NCBI GenBank assembly: GCA_015231615.1
Contig: JADGBE010000014.1
Coordinates: 3,196 to 67,195, forward strand
DNA: 64,000 nt
Origin: Desulfamplus sp.
GTDB lineage: Bacteria > Desulfobacterota > Desulfobacteria > Desulfobacterales > Desulfobacteraceae
Reading direction: 5' to 3'
The position numbers were made by a program, and so were the translations under genes. Below the pieces are notes generated by a model. That model was not told the DNA's origin. It made no database searches and saw only the letters and a list, made by a program, of their open reading frames with translations. The first letter of the stretch is position 1, and each line of letters opens with the position of its first letter. Below are positions 30,880 to 40,559 of the stretch, piece by piece.

Positions 30880-32091
30880 ATGAAGGGTTTTAAATTCAAA
30901 GGGATAGTCGCTGGTATCAAAAAAGATGGGAAAAAGGATTTAGGTCTTATATTCTCAACCCGTCCAGCATCGGCAGCAGCACTTTTTACAGAAAACAGGG
31001 TTGTTGCAGCCCCTGTAATTATGGGGCGTGAAAGAATAAAATCAGGGCTTTGCCAAGCAGTTGTTGTCAATAGTGGTAATGCAAACTGTTTTACAGGAGA
31101 TCAAGGGTTAAGAGATTCAATAGAGACGGCAAGACTTGCAGCCCATGCTCTTCATATTCCTGAAGAGTTGGTTATGGTTGCATCTACAGGGGTAATTGGT
31201 GCCCCTCTTCCTATGGAAAAATTTAGAGGGGCAATGCCAGAGCTGACATCTGATATTTTGTCAAAAAACATTGAGACGCAACCTCAAATTGGCAAATCTG
31301 AGGTTGAAGGGCTTGAAGATTTTGCCGAATCAATTATGACAACTGATCTTGCAATGAAAGTTGTTGTGAAAAAGCATAAAATAAAGGGAGAAGAGTTTAC
31401 AGTTGCTGGCGTTGCTAAAGGTTCTGGCATGATAAGACCTAATATGGCTACAATGCTTGCGTTTATCTGCACCGATCTTGATATATCTTCAACACTTTTA
31501 AAATCTGCTTTAAAGATAGCGTGCGATCAATCTTTCAATAGAATATCTGTAGATGGCGATACAAGCACTAACGATACTGTTATTGCTATGGCAAACGGCA
31601 TGTCCAATGCTGTAGTTGAGGAGAGTGATGATGCTTTAGAGTTTGAAAAAGTTTTAAATGAGGTGATGTTAGAACTCTCCAAGATGATTGTAAAAGATGG
31701 AGAGGGGGCAACTAAACTTGTTAAAATCGTGATAACCGGTGCTGCAACTGCCAACGATGCTTACAAAGCTGCTGAAGCTGTGGCCCACTCAAATCTTGTT
31801 AAAACAGCAATTTATGGAGAAGACCCAAACTGGGGAAGAATCACTGCTGCTGCTGGAAGATCAGGTGCAATGGTTGATCCTGATAAGATGGATTTAACTT
31901 TTGGTGATGTTGTGTTAGTAAAAAAAGGGGTGTGGCAGGGAGTTGATGCAGAAAAGAGGGCTGCTGAGGTTATGAAAAAGAGCGAACTTGATATTTTTCT
32001 CAATCTTAATATGGGAAAATTTAGCGATTTTTACTATTTTTGCGACTTCTCAGAAAACTATGTTAAAATTAATGCAAACTACAGATCATGA
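30880..32091 (+). CDS. argJ: Bifunctional ornithine acetyltransferase/N-acetylglutamate synthase
   Basis: NSGNAN, KGSGMIRPNMATML, DGDTSTND and DGEGATK motifs. Confidence 0.97.
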   Translation: MKGFKFKGIVAGIKKDGKKDLGLIFSTRPASAAALFTENRVVAAPVIMGRERIKSGLCQAVVVNSGNANCFTGDQGLRDSIETARLAAHALHIPEELVMVASTGVIGAPLPMEKFRGAMPELTSDILSKNIETQPQIGKSEVEGLEDFAESIMTTDLAMKVVVKKHKIKGEEFTVAGVAKGSGMIRPNMATMLAFICTDLDISSTLLKSALKIACDQSFNRISVDGDTSTNDTVIAMANGMSNAVVEESDDALEFEKVLNEVMLELSKMIVKDGEGATKLVKIVITGAATANDAYKAAEAVAHSNLVKTAIYGEDPNWGRITAAAGRSGAMVDPDKMDLTFGDVVLVKKGVWQGVDAEKRAAEVMKKSELDIFLNLNMGKFSDFYYFCDFSENYVKINANYRS

Positions 32092-32888
32092 CAATAAATC
32101 GGGTTACACAAAATCTACCTAAAAAAGAGCTTGGGAGCAAAAAAGTGCATCTTAAAAATTTACCTGAACAAGAGCTTGGGAGTAAAAAGATGCGTCTCCA
32201 GAAATTTCTCTCACAAGCAGGTCTTTGCTCAAGAAGAAAAGGTGAGGAGTATATTACAGCTGGATTAATTACAGTTAACGGCGTTGTTGTAACTGAGCTT
32301 GGAACATCAATCGATGTTGAAAATGATGAGGTAAAATTTCAAGGTGAAATTATTAAATTTTTTCCAGAAAAAGAGAGAATTTATATAGCACTAAATAAAC
32401 CTCTTGATGTTATTGCATCTTGTTCTCATTCTCATGTTGGTGAAAAAATAGTTCTTGATCTTATTGATATTCCTGACCGAATCTATCCAATTGGCAGACT
32501 TGATAAAGATTCAACTGGGCTTTTGCTTTTAACTGATGATGGAGAGCTTCACAATAAACTTTCCCACCCATCTTACAACCATGAAAAAGAATACATTGTT
32601 ACCACTGTTGAGCCTGTCTCTAAATCTGCTCTTGAAAAGATGGCTGTTGGAATAATGTTAGATGGAAAAAGGACGAGAGCTGCCCAAGTTGAACAACTTT
32701 CAAGGTATAAATTCAGGATAATTCTCAAACAGGGAATTAATCGCCAGATAAGAAGAATGGTTGAAAAGACGGGCAATAACGTTAAAGAGCTTATAAGAGT
32801 GAGGATAGGTTCAATAAAAATTGGTGGACTTAAACAAGGAGAGTGGCGATTTCTAAATCAACAAGAGATAAATGGTTTAAAAAGTTAG
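32088..32888 (+). CDS. rRNA pseudouridine synthase, RsuA/RluB family (conserved part starts at ATG 32190)
   Basis: MRLQKFL S4 domain and GRLDKDSTGLLL motif. Confidence 0.92.
   Translation: MTINRVTQNLPKKELGSKKVHLKNLPEQELGSKKMRLQKFLSQAGLCSRRKGEEYITAGLITVNGVVVTELGTSIDVENDEVKFQGEIIKFFPEKERIYIALNKPLDVIASCSHSHVGEKIVLDLIDIPDRIYPIGRLDKDSTGLLLLTDDGELHNKLSHPSYNHEKEYIVTTVEPVSKSALEKMAVGIMLDGKRTRAAQVEQLSRYKFRIILKQGINRQIRRMVEKTGNNVKELIRVRIGSIKIGGLKQGEWRFLNQQEINGLKS
32111..32200 (+). repeat. 45-bp tandem duplication covering the RBS and start codon
   Basis: aaatctacctaaaaaagagcttgggagcaaaaaagtgcatcttaa / aaatttacctgaacaagagcttgggagtaaaaagatgcgtctcca. Confidence 0.85.
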
Positions 32889-32980
32889 ATTCCCACTAAT
32901 ACTCTTTGCGATCAACAACTAAAGTATTCTCAGTTTCTCTATCCATTATTTTGTACTCTTTATAGGCTTACAAAGTTATT

Positions 32981-33622
32981 TCAATATGTTAGAATAAAAT
33001 TAACAGCTTCCTTTAAGTTATCAAAAATAAAATTAGGGGTTGCTTTATATCTATTATCTGTTCCTGCCTTGCCCGTTCTTACAAGAGCAGTTTTAATACC
33101 AGCATTTATACCAGTTTGAATATCTCTTGTAGTATCTCCTATTATCCAAGATTTTTCCATATCAATATTGAATATGGACTTTGCTTTTTCTATCATACCA
33201 ATAGCTGGTTTTCTGCATTCACACTCTTTGTTATAAATTAGATTCTCTTCCAAATGAACATTGTCAGAATATTCATTATTAGAAAAATGTCTCTTGTCAG
33301 GGTGATGAGGACAAAAAAATATATGGTCAAGGTAGCAGCCATGTTGTTTTAAAAGAGACTCTATTTTGTTGTGCATCTTTTCAACCATATTAATATCACA
33401 TAAGTTCATAGCAACTACTGGTTGATTGGTTACTACTATACATAGATAATCTGAGCGATTAATCATAGAAATAGCTTCATAAGAAAAAGGATATAATACC
33501 AAATCTTCTAAATTATTAAGATAATCAACATATTCAATTAAAGTGCCATCTCTATCTATAAAAATTGCTGGTTTTTTATATCTATCTAAATTATTTTGCA
33601 AATTATATGAAGCCATGTCCAA
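32981..33622 (-). CDS. HAD-IIIA phosphatase, GmhB-like
   Basis: DRDGT, VVTNQ, CPHHP, CECRKP and IGD motifs. Confidence 0.9.
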   Translation of the reverse strand: MDMASYNLQNNLDRYKKPAIFIDRDGTLIEYVDYLNNLEDLVLYPFSYEAISMINRSDYLCIVVTNQPVVAMNLCDINMVEKMHNKIESLLKQHGCYLDHIFFCPHHPDKRHFSNNEYSDNVHLEENLIYNKECECRKPAIGMIEKAKSIFNIDMEKSWIIGDTTRDIQTGINAGIKTALVRTGKAGTDNRYKATPNFIFDNLKEAVNFILTY

Positions 33623-33643
33623 TCCTTAACTTTTGAAGCTTTG

Positions 33644-33767
33644 AAATAAATTGGCAATTCCTGTTGCCCCACCCCCTTGCCCCCTCCCCAATGGAGAGGG
33701 GGATAATAATTACTCCCTCCCCTTGGGGAGGGCGGGGAGGGGCAAAATAATTATCTGGAAAGCTATA
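33644..33767. mobile_element. MITE-like repeat family A, copy 2 (left terminal repeat missing)
   Basis: aaataaattggcaattcctgttgcccc...ggggcaaaataattatctggaaagctata aligns with the copy at 4208-4336. Confidence 0.8.
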
Positions 33768-33773
33768 TTATCT

Positions 33774-35606
33774 TTATCCATTTGACATTTTAAGAGTTTC
33801 TAACTCTTCCCATCTTGCATAAAGGGAATCAACCTCTTCTTGTGCTTTTTGAAGCAAAATACATACCTGATGCAACATATCAGGATTTTTAATAACTTCA
33901 GGATCGCCTGTTTGTGCCTGAATAGCTGTAAGTTCAGACTCTGCTTTTAGAATCTTATCCTCAATCTGGCCCAACTCAAATTTATGCTTATACGAAAAAA
34001 TTCGGGTATTTTTCTTTTCTTTTGATTTTTCTTTAGAATTTAATTTAGAACTTAATTCAGAGTTAGATGGCAATTGTTTCTCTTTTAGCTCATTTTTTTG
34101 TTGATTTAAGCACTGTCTGTAGTCAGCAAATATGCCAGAGCCACCTTTGCCGTCAAAATATAGGATAGAGTTACAAACTCTATCCATGAGAAATCGATCG
34201 TGCGAAACTAATACAACAGCCCCAGCAAATTCAAGCAAACTCTCTTCAAGCACCTCAAGAGATGGAATATCAAGATCATTTGTTGGCTCATCAAGAAGTA
34301 AAATATCAGCGGGTTGAAGCATCAAATTGGCAATAAGGATTCTTGCCTTTTCTCCGCCAGAAAGGCGTCTAATTGGCAAACTCAACTGACTTGGCGTAAA
34401 TAGAAACTTTTTTGCCCAAGAGACAACATGAAGGCTTCTACCCTTATAAATTACTGATTCACCAGCAGGGCTTAAGGCATCTTTTAGCGTCATATCAGGG
34501 TCTAACTTTGTTCTATTTTGATCAAAAACTGCTATTTTTAGATTTTCAGCCCTGTTTACAATGCCACTATCTGGAGCTACTCTATTCTCAAGAATAGTCA
34601 TAAATGTGGTCTTTCCACTACCATTTTCACCCATAAGACCAAGTCGTGTTCCGGGCATGAGCTTAAGGTTAATATTTTCAAATAGCTTCTTGCCATTAAT
34701 AGACTTGGAAATATCTTTACAGATCAAAAGCTGCTTTGTTTTCCGTTCAGTTGAGTCAAAATCAATATTAACTGTCCCTGTCTGACGGTTTCTGTGTCGT
34801 ATCATAGAAAGTTCAAGCCTCATTTTTTCTGCCTGATCAATTCTATATTTTGCCTTTGTTGTCCTTGCCTTTGCCCCTTGGTGCAGCCACTCTGTCTCAC
34901 GCCTCATCTTATTTGAAAGTATCTCTTCTTGCTTTAATTGGGCTTCTAAAAAACTCTGCCTATATTCTGAAAATTTTATATAGCCACCATTTAATGTAAG
35001 CAATCCTTCAGGATAGCATTTTCCAAGCTCAACAATCCTTTGGCAGACATTTTCAAGAAAAGCTCTGTCATGGCTTACAACCACAGATGCAAATTTGGAA
35101 TTTTTAAGAATCTCCTCAAGCCACAAAATACCTTTTATATCTAAATGGTTAGTAGGCTCATCAAGAAGCAAAATATCTGGTTCAAGGCAGAGCGAACGGG
35201 CAATGGCAACTCTTTTGTGCCACCCACCAGAGAGCTGAGAACATTTTAAATGCTCATCTTCAAAGCCACATTTACCAAGAATACGTTTTACTCTAAAGTA
35301 TCGTTCTTGTTCATCAATATCTTCATCTAAGAGACCATCAAAGAGTGTCTGTTCAACTGTTTTATCTGGATTTAGGCGATCTTCTTGAGGTAGGTAAACT
35401 AATTTTGTGAACTGTTTTAAATATTTTTCACCCAAATCTGCTGTGGCTTCCCCTGCCATCAATCGCAAAAGGGTAGATTTTCCACTGCCATTTCCGCCAA
35501 TGAGTCCGAGACGCTCATCTGCTTTGATGTTTAAGGAGAGGTCTTCAAATAGAGCCTCTTCGCCATAAGTTTTGTAAATTGATCTGTAGCTGAATAAAAG
35601 GGTCAT
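33774..35606 (-). CDS. uup: ABC-F family ATPase, Uup-like
   Basis: Two ABC domains (GSGKS/LSGG/DEPTN twice), GAKARTTK linker and a C-terminal coil. Confidence 0.88.
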   Translation of the reverse strand: MTLLFSYRSIYKTYGEEALFEDLSLNIKADERLGLIGGNGSGKSTLLRLMAGEATADLGEKYLKQFTKLVYLPQEDRLNPDKTVEQTLFDGLLDEDIDEQERYFRVKRILGKCGFEDEHLKCSQLSGGWHKRVAIARSLCLEPDILLLDEPTNHLDIKGILWLEEILKNSKFASVVVSHDRAFLENVCQRIVELGKCYPEGLLTLNGGYIKFSEYRQSFLEAQLKQEEILSNKMRRETEWLHQGAKARTTKAKYRIDQAEKMRLELSMIRHRNRQTGTVNIDFDSTERKTKQLLICKDISKSINGKKLFENINLKLMPGTRLGLMGENGSGKTTFMTILENRVAPDSGIVNRAENLKIAVFDQNRTKLDPDMTLKDALSPAGESVIYKGRSLHVVSWAKKFLFTPSQLSLPIRRLSGGEKARILIANLMLQPADILLLDEPTNDLDIPSLEVLEESLLEFAGAVVLVSHDRFLMDRVCNSILYFDGKGGSGIFADYRQCLNQQKNELKEKQLPSNSELSSKLNSKEKSKEKKNTRIFSYKHKFELGQIEDKILKAESELTAIQAQTGDPEVIKNPDMLHQVCILLQKAQEEVDSLYARWEELETLKMSNG

Positions 35607-35656
35607 TATTTATCTTTCATATATAAATTTTAATGTTTATTTTTTTGATAAAATAC

Positions 35657-35785
35657 GGCGACCTAAAAATTCCTATCCCCGCCTCAGCGGACGGGGTATT
35701 ACGGAATTTTTCCCTTTCGGGAACGGCCGCCTTTAAGCTGACTTCGCAGCAAGCTGCGGGTATTAAAACCGAGCTTCGCAATAAA
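35657..35785 (-). mobile_element. Two-hairpin repeat family C (IS200/IS605-end-like), copy with an extra folded domain
   Basis: Minus strand TTTATTGCGAAGCTC..TTAATACC-hairpin...ATACCCCG..CGGGGA; homologous to 42391-42477. Confidence 0.65.
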
Positions 35786-35819
35786 AATTTTCTATTGATT
35801 TATCATTCAACCATAAAAA

Positions 35820-37112
35820 TCATTGTTTTATCCACTCAACCATAAGATTTATAGCCTTAATTGTATTGTTGCACCATGTTTCTGCAAAATCATCAGGAAG
35901 AGGCTGATCAAGCGGAATAGTTTCACTTGCTGTAAGTGCTTTTGCACCATCAAAATCAATATAGGCTAAACGGAGAGTCAACTCATCTGCAGGACGTTCA
36001 AAAGCCTTTCCCGGAAGTGTTGCAACGCCAGTATCCTGAAGTAGTCTTTCACACAATGATGAACTTGATCTAATCCCGCGTTTGGCAAACAAATCTTTAA
36101 AAGGTGAAAAATCTGGAAAAAGATAGAATGCCCCTTCGGGGAAATGGACTCTTACACCTGCATCAGAAAGAATCTGTGCACATTTATTTCCAATATGGGC
36201 AAGGATTCTGCGAACATGCCAAAGGTAACGCTCAATAATAACACCTCCGTTGAATGCCCTGATAGCTGCATATTGAACAGGGGCACATACAGAGGTATAG
36301 GTTTCACTTGCCAGTGCTGTCATAGAAGATACAAGCCAGTCCATGCTGGTAGGGAATGTAAACGTTCCAAGCCGCCAGCCTCCTGCTCCGCACCATTTTG
36401 ACAAGCCTGAACTTATAATAGTTCCTTCAGGATAAAAGTTAGCAACAGAGATATGTCTTCCCTGATGGTGGATTTCGCCATAAATTTCATCTGAAAGGAG
36501 AATCACCTTGTATTTTCTGGCAACATCGGCAAGCTCCTGAAGTTGGTTTTCAGAATAAGTGCAACCATCTGGATTTGCTGGATAGTTCAAAATAAGAATT
36601 CTGGGACGCAAATCATCTTTTTCCTCTGCACAATACTCTTCCAAAAGTTCTCCAGTTACTTTCCATCTATCTTCAAATCGTGTGGGTATGAGCCGTACTT
36701 TTCTGCCAATAATATTTGCCTGAGGCACATAGGATACCCAACATGGCGTTGGCACTATAAGTTCGCCATAGTAAGCAAGCTGAAGCAGAAACATCAACTC
36801 TTTTGATCCTGGTCCTATGATTACATTATCTTCTGAAAATTCCACCCCTGTCTTCTGACGATGAAAATTTGATACCGCTTTTCTAAGCTCAATAAGTCCA
36901 GCAGAAGGAAGATAATCTTTCTGGTGGGCATTTGCCTTTAGTGCTTCAACAACAGAAATAGGTACAGGAAAAGGAGATTGACCTAATCCGAGACGATAAA
37001 CAATCTGACCGCCCTGTTGCAGTTCTTTGCTCTTCTCGTTTATAGCTATTGTCGGAGATTGCTCGAGTCCTCTAATATTTAAATTAAGACTTACACTTTC
37101 TCTGATATACAT
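35820..37112 (-). CDS. PLP-dependent aminotransferase class I/II
   Basis: NYPANPDG, SDEIY and SGLSK..GAGGWRLG motifs; start placed after AAGGAGG. Confidence 0.92.
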   Translation of the reverse strand: MYIRESVSLNLNIRGLEQSPTIAINEKSKELQQGGQIVYRLGLGQSPFPVPISVVEALKANAHQKDYLPSAGLIELRKAVSNFHRQKTGVEFSEDNVIIGPGSKELMFLLQLAYYGELIVPTPCWVSYVPQANIIGRKVRLIPTRFEDRWKVTGELLEEYCAEEKDDLRPRILILNYPANPDGCTYSENQLQELADVARKYKVILLSDEIYGEIHHQGRHISVANFYPEGTIISSGLSKWCGAGGWRLGTFTFPTSMDWLVSSMTALASETYTSVCAPVQYAAIRAFNGGVIIERYLWHVRRILAHIGNKCAQILSDAGVRVHFPEGAFYLFPDFSPFKDLFAKRGIRSSSSLCERLLQDTGVATLPGKAFERPADELTLRLAYIDFDGAKALTASETIPLDQPLPDDFAETWCNNTIKAINLMVEWIKQ

Positions 37113-37140
37113 AATATCTCCCTCCTTAGGTAAAACCGCG

Positions 37141-37258
37141 TTAAACATTATATTCTTACCTATGATGTTCGTGTTAGTTAGGCAAGAGACGCAAATAAAT
37201 CTCTTTTATTATTAAACATTATATTCTTACCTATAATGTTCGTGTTAGTTAGGCAAGA
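37141..37258 (+). repeat. 47-bp direct repeat, two copies with a 71-bp period, ending in GTTAGGC-AAGA
   Basis: ttaaacattatattcttacctat(g/a)atgttcgtgttagttaggcaaga at 37141 and 37212. Confidence 0.92.
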
Positions 37259-37279
37259 AAATCATAAAAATCTATTTGG

Positions 37280-38152
37280 TTACAAAGTGTTCTGGTTAGG
37301 TATTACTGAATAATGAATCGCATTTTTTCCTTGATTCTTTACAGAATACATTAATTCATCAACTATCTTCACTATCTCATCAGGTGTTGATATAGGATTC
37401 TTACATGTTAATACACCTATGCTAAATGTTATTTCCCAACTATTTTTGTCCATTGCTCTCAAAAGCCCCTTTTGAATCTTCGAGACAACTATTCGTGCTG
37501 CTTCTTCTCCGATTTCTGGTAACAATAACGCAAATTCATCACCACCAAGCCTTGCAACAACATCAACTTTGCGAAGGTTGTTTTTGATATAAGTAACTGT
37601 CGTCTGGAGAACTCTATCTCCAACAGAATGACCAAACTTGTCATTAACGGCTTTAAAATTATCAAGATCAAAATAAACTATGGTAAAAGGATGGTTATAT
37701 CTCTTAGAACGCTCTATTTCCGCCTGCATCAACTCCATAAAAAAACGCCTATTAGCAGCTCCTGTCAAACCGTCAGTATGAGCTAATTCTTTTATACGAA
37801 CTATATATTTTTTTGATGTATGAAGCCAATATACCAACATTGCAAATATCCAGAATTTTAATAAAGGATTCAGGATATAGTATGCCCAATGAGAGTAGTA
37901 ATAACTATTAGAGACTCTTACAAAGACAAGCATAATAGGGCTCATAAATGCTAATGCTAATCCAATTCGCCAATTTGTAAACCAAGCAGCCGCTAACACA
38001 GGAATAGCATAAAGCAAGTTTAACTCAATCTCGTATCCAGTAAGAAAATCAAGATAACTTATTATTACAAGGAGTATAAACACTGTCAGTGTCCAGATTC
38101 CCCTGTTTGCAAGATTTGAAGCACTTGGTCGCCAAAAAAGATGTTTAATCAT
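37280..38152 (-). CDS. Membrane-bound diguanylate cyclase
   Basis: N-terminal TM helices, DLDNFK, RKVD I-site and GGDEF; start after GGAGGT. Confidence 0.92.
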   Translation of the reverse strand: MIKHLFWRPSASNLANRGIWTLTVFILLVIISYLDFLTGYEIELNLLYAIPVLAAAWFTNWRIGLALAFMSPIMLVFVRVSNSYYYSHWAYYILNPLLKFWIFAMLVYWLHTSKKYIVRIKELAHTDGLTGAANRRFFMELMQAEIERSKRYNHPFTIVYFDLDNFKAVNDKFGHSVGDRVLQTTVTYIKNNLRKVDVVARLGGDEFALLLPEIGEEAARIVVSKIQKGLLRAMDKNSWEITFSIGVLTCKNPISTPDEIVKIVDELMYSVKNQGKNAIHYSVIPNQNTL

Positions 38153-38214
38153 TTTATACCTCCGCAAAAAACAGATATTGGAAATCTTATGAACAGTTGT
38201 ATAGAACTTACAAA

Positions 38215-40419
38215 TCACGCCATTAAGGAGACATCTCCTGCATTATAAACAAGTATCACATCACCAGGAAGATTAATTATCTCTTCAAGTTTAGATGCTG
38301 TAACCCCTTCAGGGTCTTCGTCAGGTGGTTCAAAACCTGCAAAGAGAACAGCCGAAAAATCTATATTCTGACGAACCGCTGAAATCGGATCTTCAGTTGG
38401 CAGGATAACAATCTCAGCTTGTATTCTTGCAACTGATAGCATTTGGTTCATCTCTTTAGTTAAATTCTCCACATCAGCTTTAGGAGAAACAGGGCGAAGA
38501 ATGCGTAAAGAGCGATCGCACCATTCTCTATCTTCTTTTAAAAGAAATGCCAGCAATAGCATCAATTGACCGTTGTTGGAATCAGACCACCATACATTGA
38601 TATTACCTTCTGGCACCTCCCATTTTTCCTCTTCTTGAACGCAGCAGATTACAAGAATGCTCCTGTTCATCTTTTTAGCAAGACAAAGAATTGAAGAAAA
38701 AGATTGCAATCGTTTAGAATCAGCACTCCAACCAAGCAGAAGTGTGTTAGGTCTCAATCCACCAATTCCGTGACACTGTAATAATGCCTTTAATGCGTCT
38801 GAAAAATTTTCATCAACTATTACTACTGGAAAAGCTGGTAATCTCTCTTCTAAGATAAATTTGCGCATCATCTTTTCAGCTTTATCTCTTAGTATAAAAC
38901 GTTCTTCTATATTTCCCCCAATTATTTGTGCAAGAGAGACAATACCTCGATCAGCAGACAAAAGGCAGGCATATCTTACTAAATGGAGTCGATCCCATGC
39001 ACCTCCACTTAAGGCAAGAATTGATGGGCGCCAATTTTTAGGATGATACCGTTCTTGTTCAAGTTTAAGGAGTGCTTTACGAGCCTGTTCAAATGCTAAA
39101 CCACTCCCTAAGTCTCCCCACCTGACTATTATCTTTGCACGCACTATAAGTAAATAAGTTCCAAATGCCAACACCATAGCAACCGTAGCCCAGATAATAT
39201 TGATAAGAAACATTACAGCTAAACAACCTATTGCACCTAATAGTGCAATAGACCAGTGATTAAAACGAAATGTTGGTCTAAAACTTGGATTGCGAGAAAT
39301 ACCCTCAAAAAAACATGCAAGATTAACAGTTCCATAAGTCATTAGAAAGAACATAGTAATTATTGGTGCAATACTATCAAGATCGCCTGCCATGATACCA
39401 ATTTGAGAAATAACAAAAGTTAAGATAATGGCTCTGCGTGGTTCGTTTGAAGAACCACTTCCATGTCCAAAAATATTAAGAAATTTGAATACATTATCCT
39501 TTGCAAATGCCTGTAAAATCCGAGGTGCACCCATCATACTACCTAATGCAGATGATAATGTGGCACTGATAACTCCAGCATAAATAAGTGTTCCTGACCA
39601 GGCAATATCCTTTATCACAAAAGTACTGCTAAGAAGAGCGGGTCTGCTTTTACTTGCAGCCAAAAGGATAGCAATAGTTATATAAATTATGGCAGTGAAT
39701 CCAATAGCCATGAATGTACCTTTGGGAATTGATCTACTCGGCTCTTTAAGGTCTCCAGACATGTTCACCCCAGCCATAATGCCTGTAACAGCTGGAAAGA
39801 ATAGGGCAAAGACGGTGAAAAATGAATAATCTCCCTGCCAGTCAGGTTGTAAGTTTGCAGTTAATATCTCCATTGAAACATTTTCCCACGCACCTATGTA
39901 AAATGATACAATAGAGAGCATAAGAATAGCAAAAATGATATATTGAACACGAATAGTCCAACCAGCACCGATATAGACACAACATAATACCGCTATATTG
40001 GTAAATGTTGCCACTATACGAAACCAGGGACCTATTGCTGGAAATGCAGAAAAGAGTGCTTCTGTGAAACCAATAACATACATGGTTACAGCAACTGCCT
40101 GAGCTATATAAAAAAATATTGCTATTACTCCGCCAAACTCAACTCCAAGACTTCGGCTAATCAAGTAATAAGCACCTCCTCCTTTGACTTGCATATTGGT
40201 TGAAACAGACCCAAGAGAAAGAGCTGTAATGACTGATATTGATTCAGCAGCAAGCAAGATAAGAAGAGAACCCCAAACACCAGCATACCCTACTACAGAA
40301 GGGTATCGCATAAACATGATAACCCCAAGTATGGTGAGAACACTTGGGGTAAAAACACCCCCAAAGGTGCCGAATTTGGTTAATCCTTTATTATCACTTA
40401 ATGACCTATAGCTTTTCAT
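38215..40419 (-). CDS. Amino-acid permease / cation-chloride cotransporter (SLC12-like)
   Basis: FGTFGGVF, ILGVIMFMR, GGAYYLISRSLG, FPAVTGIMAG, KNWRP and GGLRPNT motifs. The track's TTG start lies inside a MITE, so ATG 40419 is preferred. Confidence 0.88.
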   Translation of the reverse strand: MKSYRSLSDNKGLTKFGTFGGVFTPSVLTILGVIMFMRYPSVVGYAGVWGSLLILLAAESISVITALSLGSVSTNMQVKGGGAYYLISRSLGVEFGGVIAIFFYIAQAVAVTMYVIGFTEALFSAFPAIGPWFRIVATFTNIAVLCCVYIGAGWTIRVQYIIFAILMLSIVSFYIGAWENVSMEILTANLQPDWQGDYSFFTVFALFFPAVTGIMAGVNMSGDLKEPSRSIPKGTFMAIGFTAIIYITIAILLAASKSRPALLSSTFVIKDIAWSGTLIYAGVISATLSSALGSMMGAPRILQAFAKDNVFKFLNIFGHGSGSSNEPRRAIILTFVISQIGIMAGDLDSIAPIITMFFLMTYGTVNLACFFEGISRNPSFRPTFRFNHWSIALLGAIGCLAVMFLINIIWATVAMVLAFGTYLLIVRAKIIVRWGDLGSGLAFEQARKALLKLEQERYHPKNWRPSILALSGGAWDRLHLVRYACLLSADRGIVSLAQIIGGNIEERFILRDKAEKMMRKFILEERLPAFPVVIVDENFSDALKALLQCHGIGGLRPNTLLLGWSADSKRLQSFSSILCLAKKMNRSILVICCVQEEEKWEVPEGNINVWWSDSNNGQLMLLLAFLLKEDREWCDRSLRILRPVSPKADVENLTKEMNQMLSVARIQAEIVILPTEDPISAVRQNIDFSAVLFAGFEPPDEDPEGVTASKLEEIINLPGDVILVYNAGDVSLMA

Positions 40420-40462
40420 ATATTTCTCAAAGTGTATGTGGTTGTTTATTTTAATAGGAAAA

Positions 40463-40530
40463 ATGTCCTGCAAAACTTGGATTTAACTCTTAATTGTATT
40501 AGATAAAAAATGCGTTTTGCAGGGGGGCAA
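40463..40530. mobile_element. About 70-bp MITE family B, copy 3
   Basis: tcctgcaaaac...gttttgcagggg. Confidence 0.7.
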
Positions 40531-40559
40531 ATAGTTTTTATATTCTATTTGTGTTTGTC

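Noticed and set aside
35633-35845. 70-aa ORF on the + strand
   Set aside because: It is a translation of the family C repeat, antisense to the surrounding operon.
37141-37170. Chromosomal dif site
   Set aside because: The XerD-like arm (TAATGTTTAA) is only 5 bp from the TAA, the XerC arm is poor, and the site is duplicated.
37141-37282. Mini CRISPR array
   Set aside because: Only two repeats, the 24-nt 'spacers' resemble each other (16/24), and there are no cas genes in the window.
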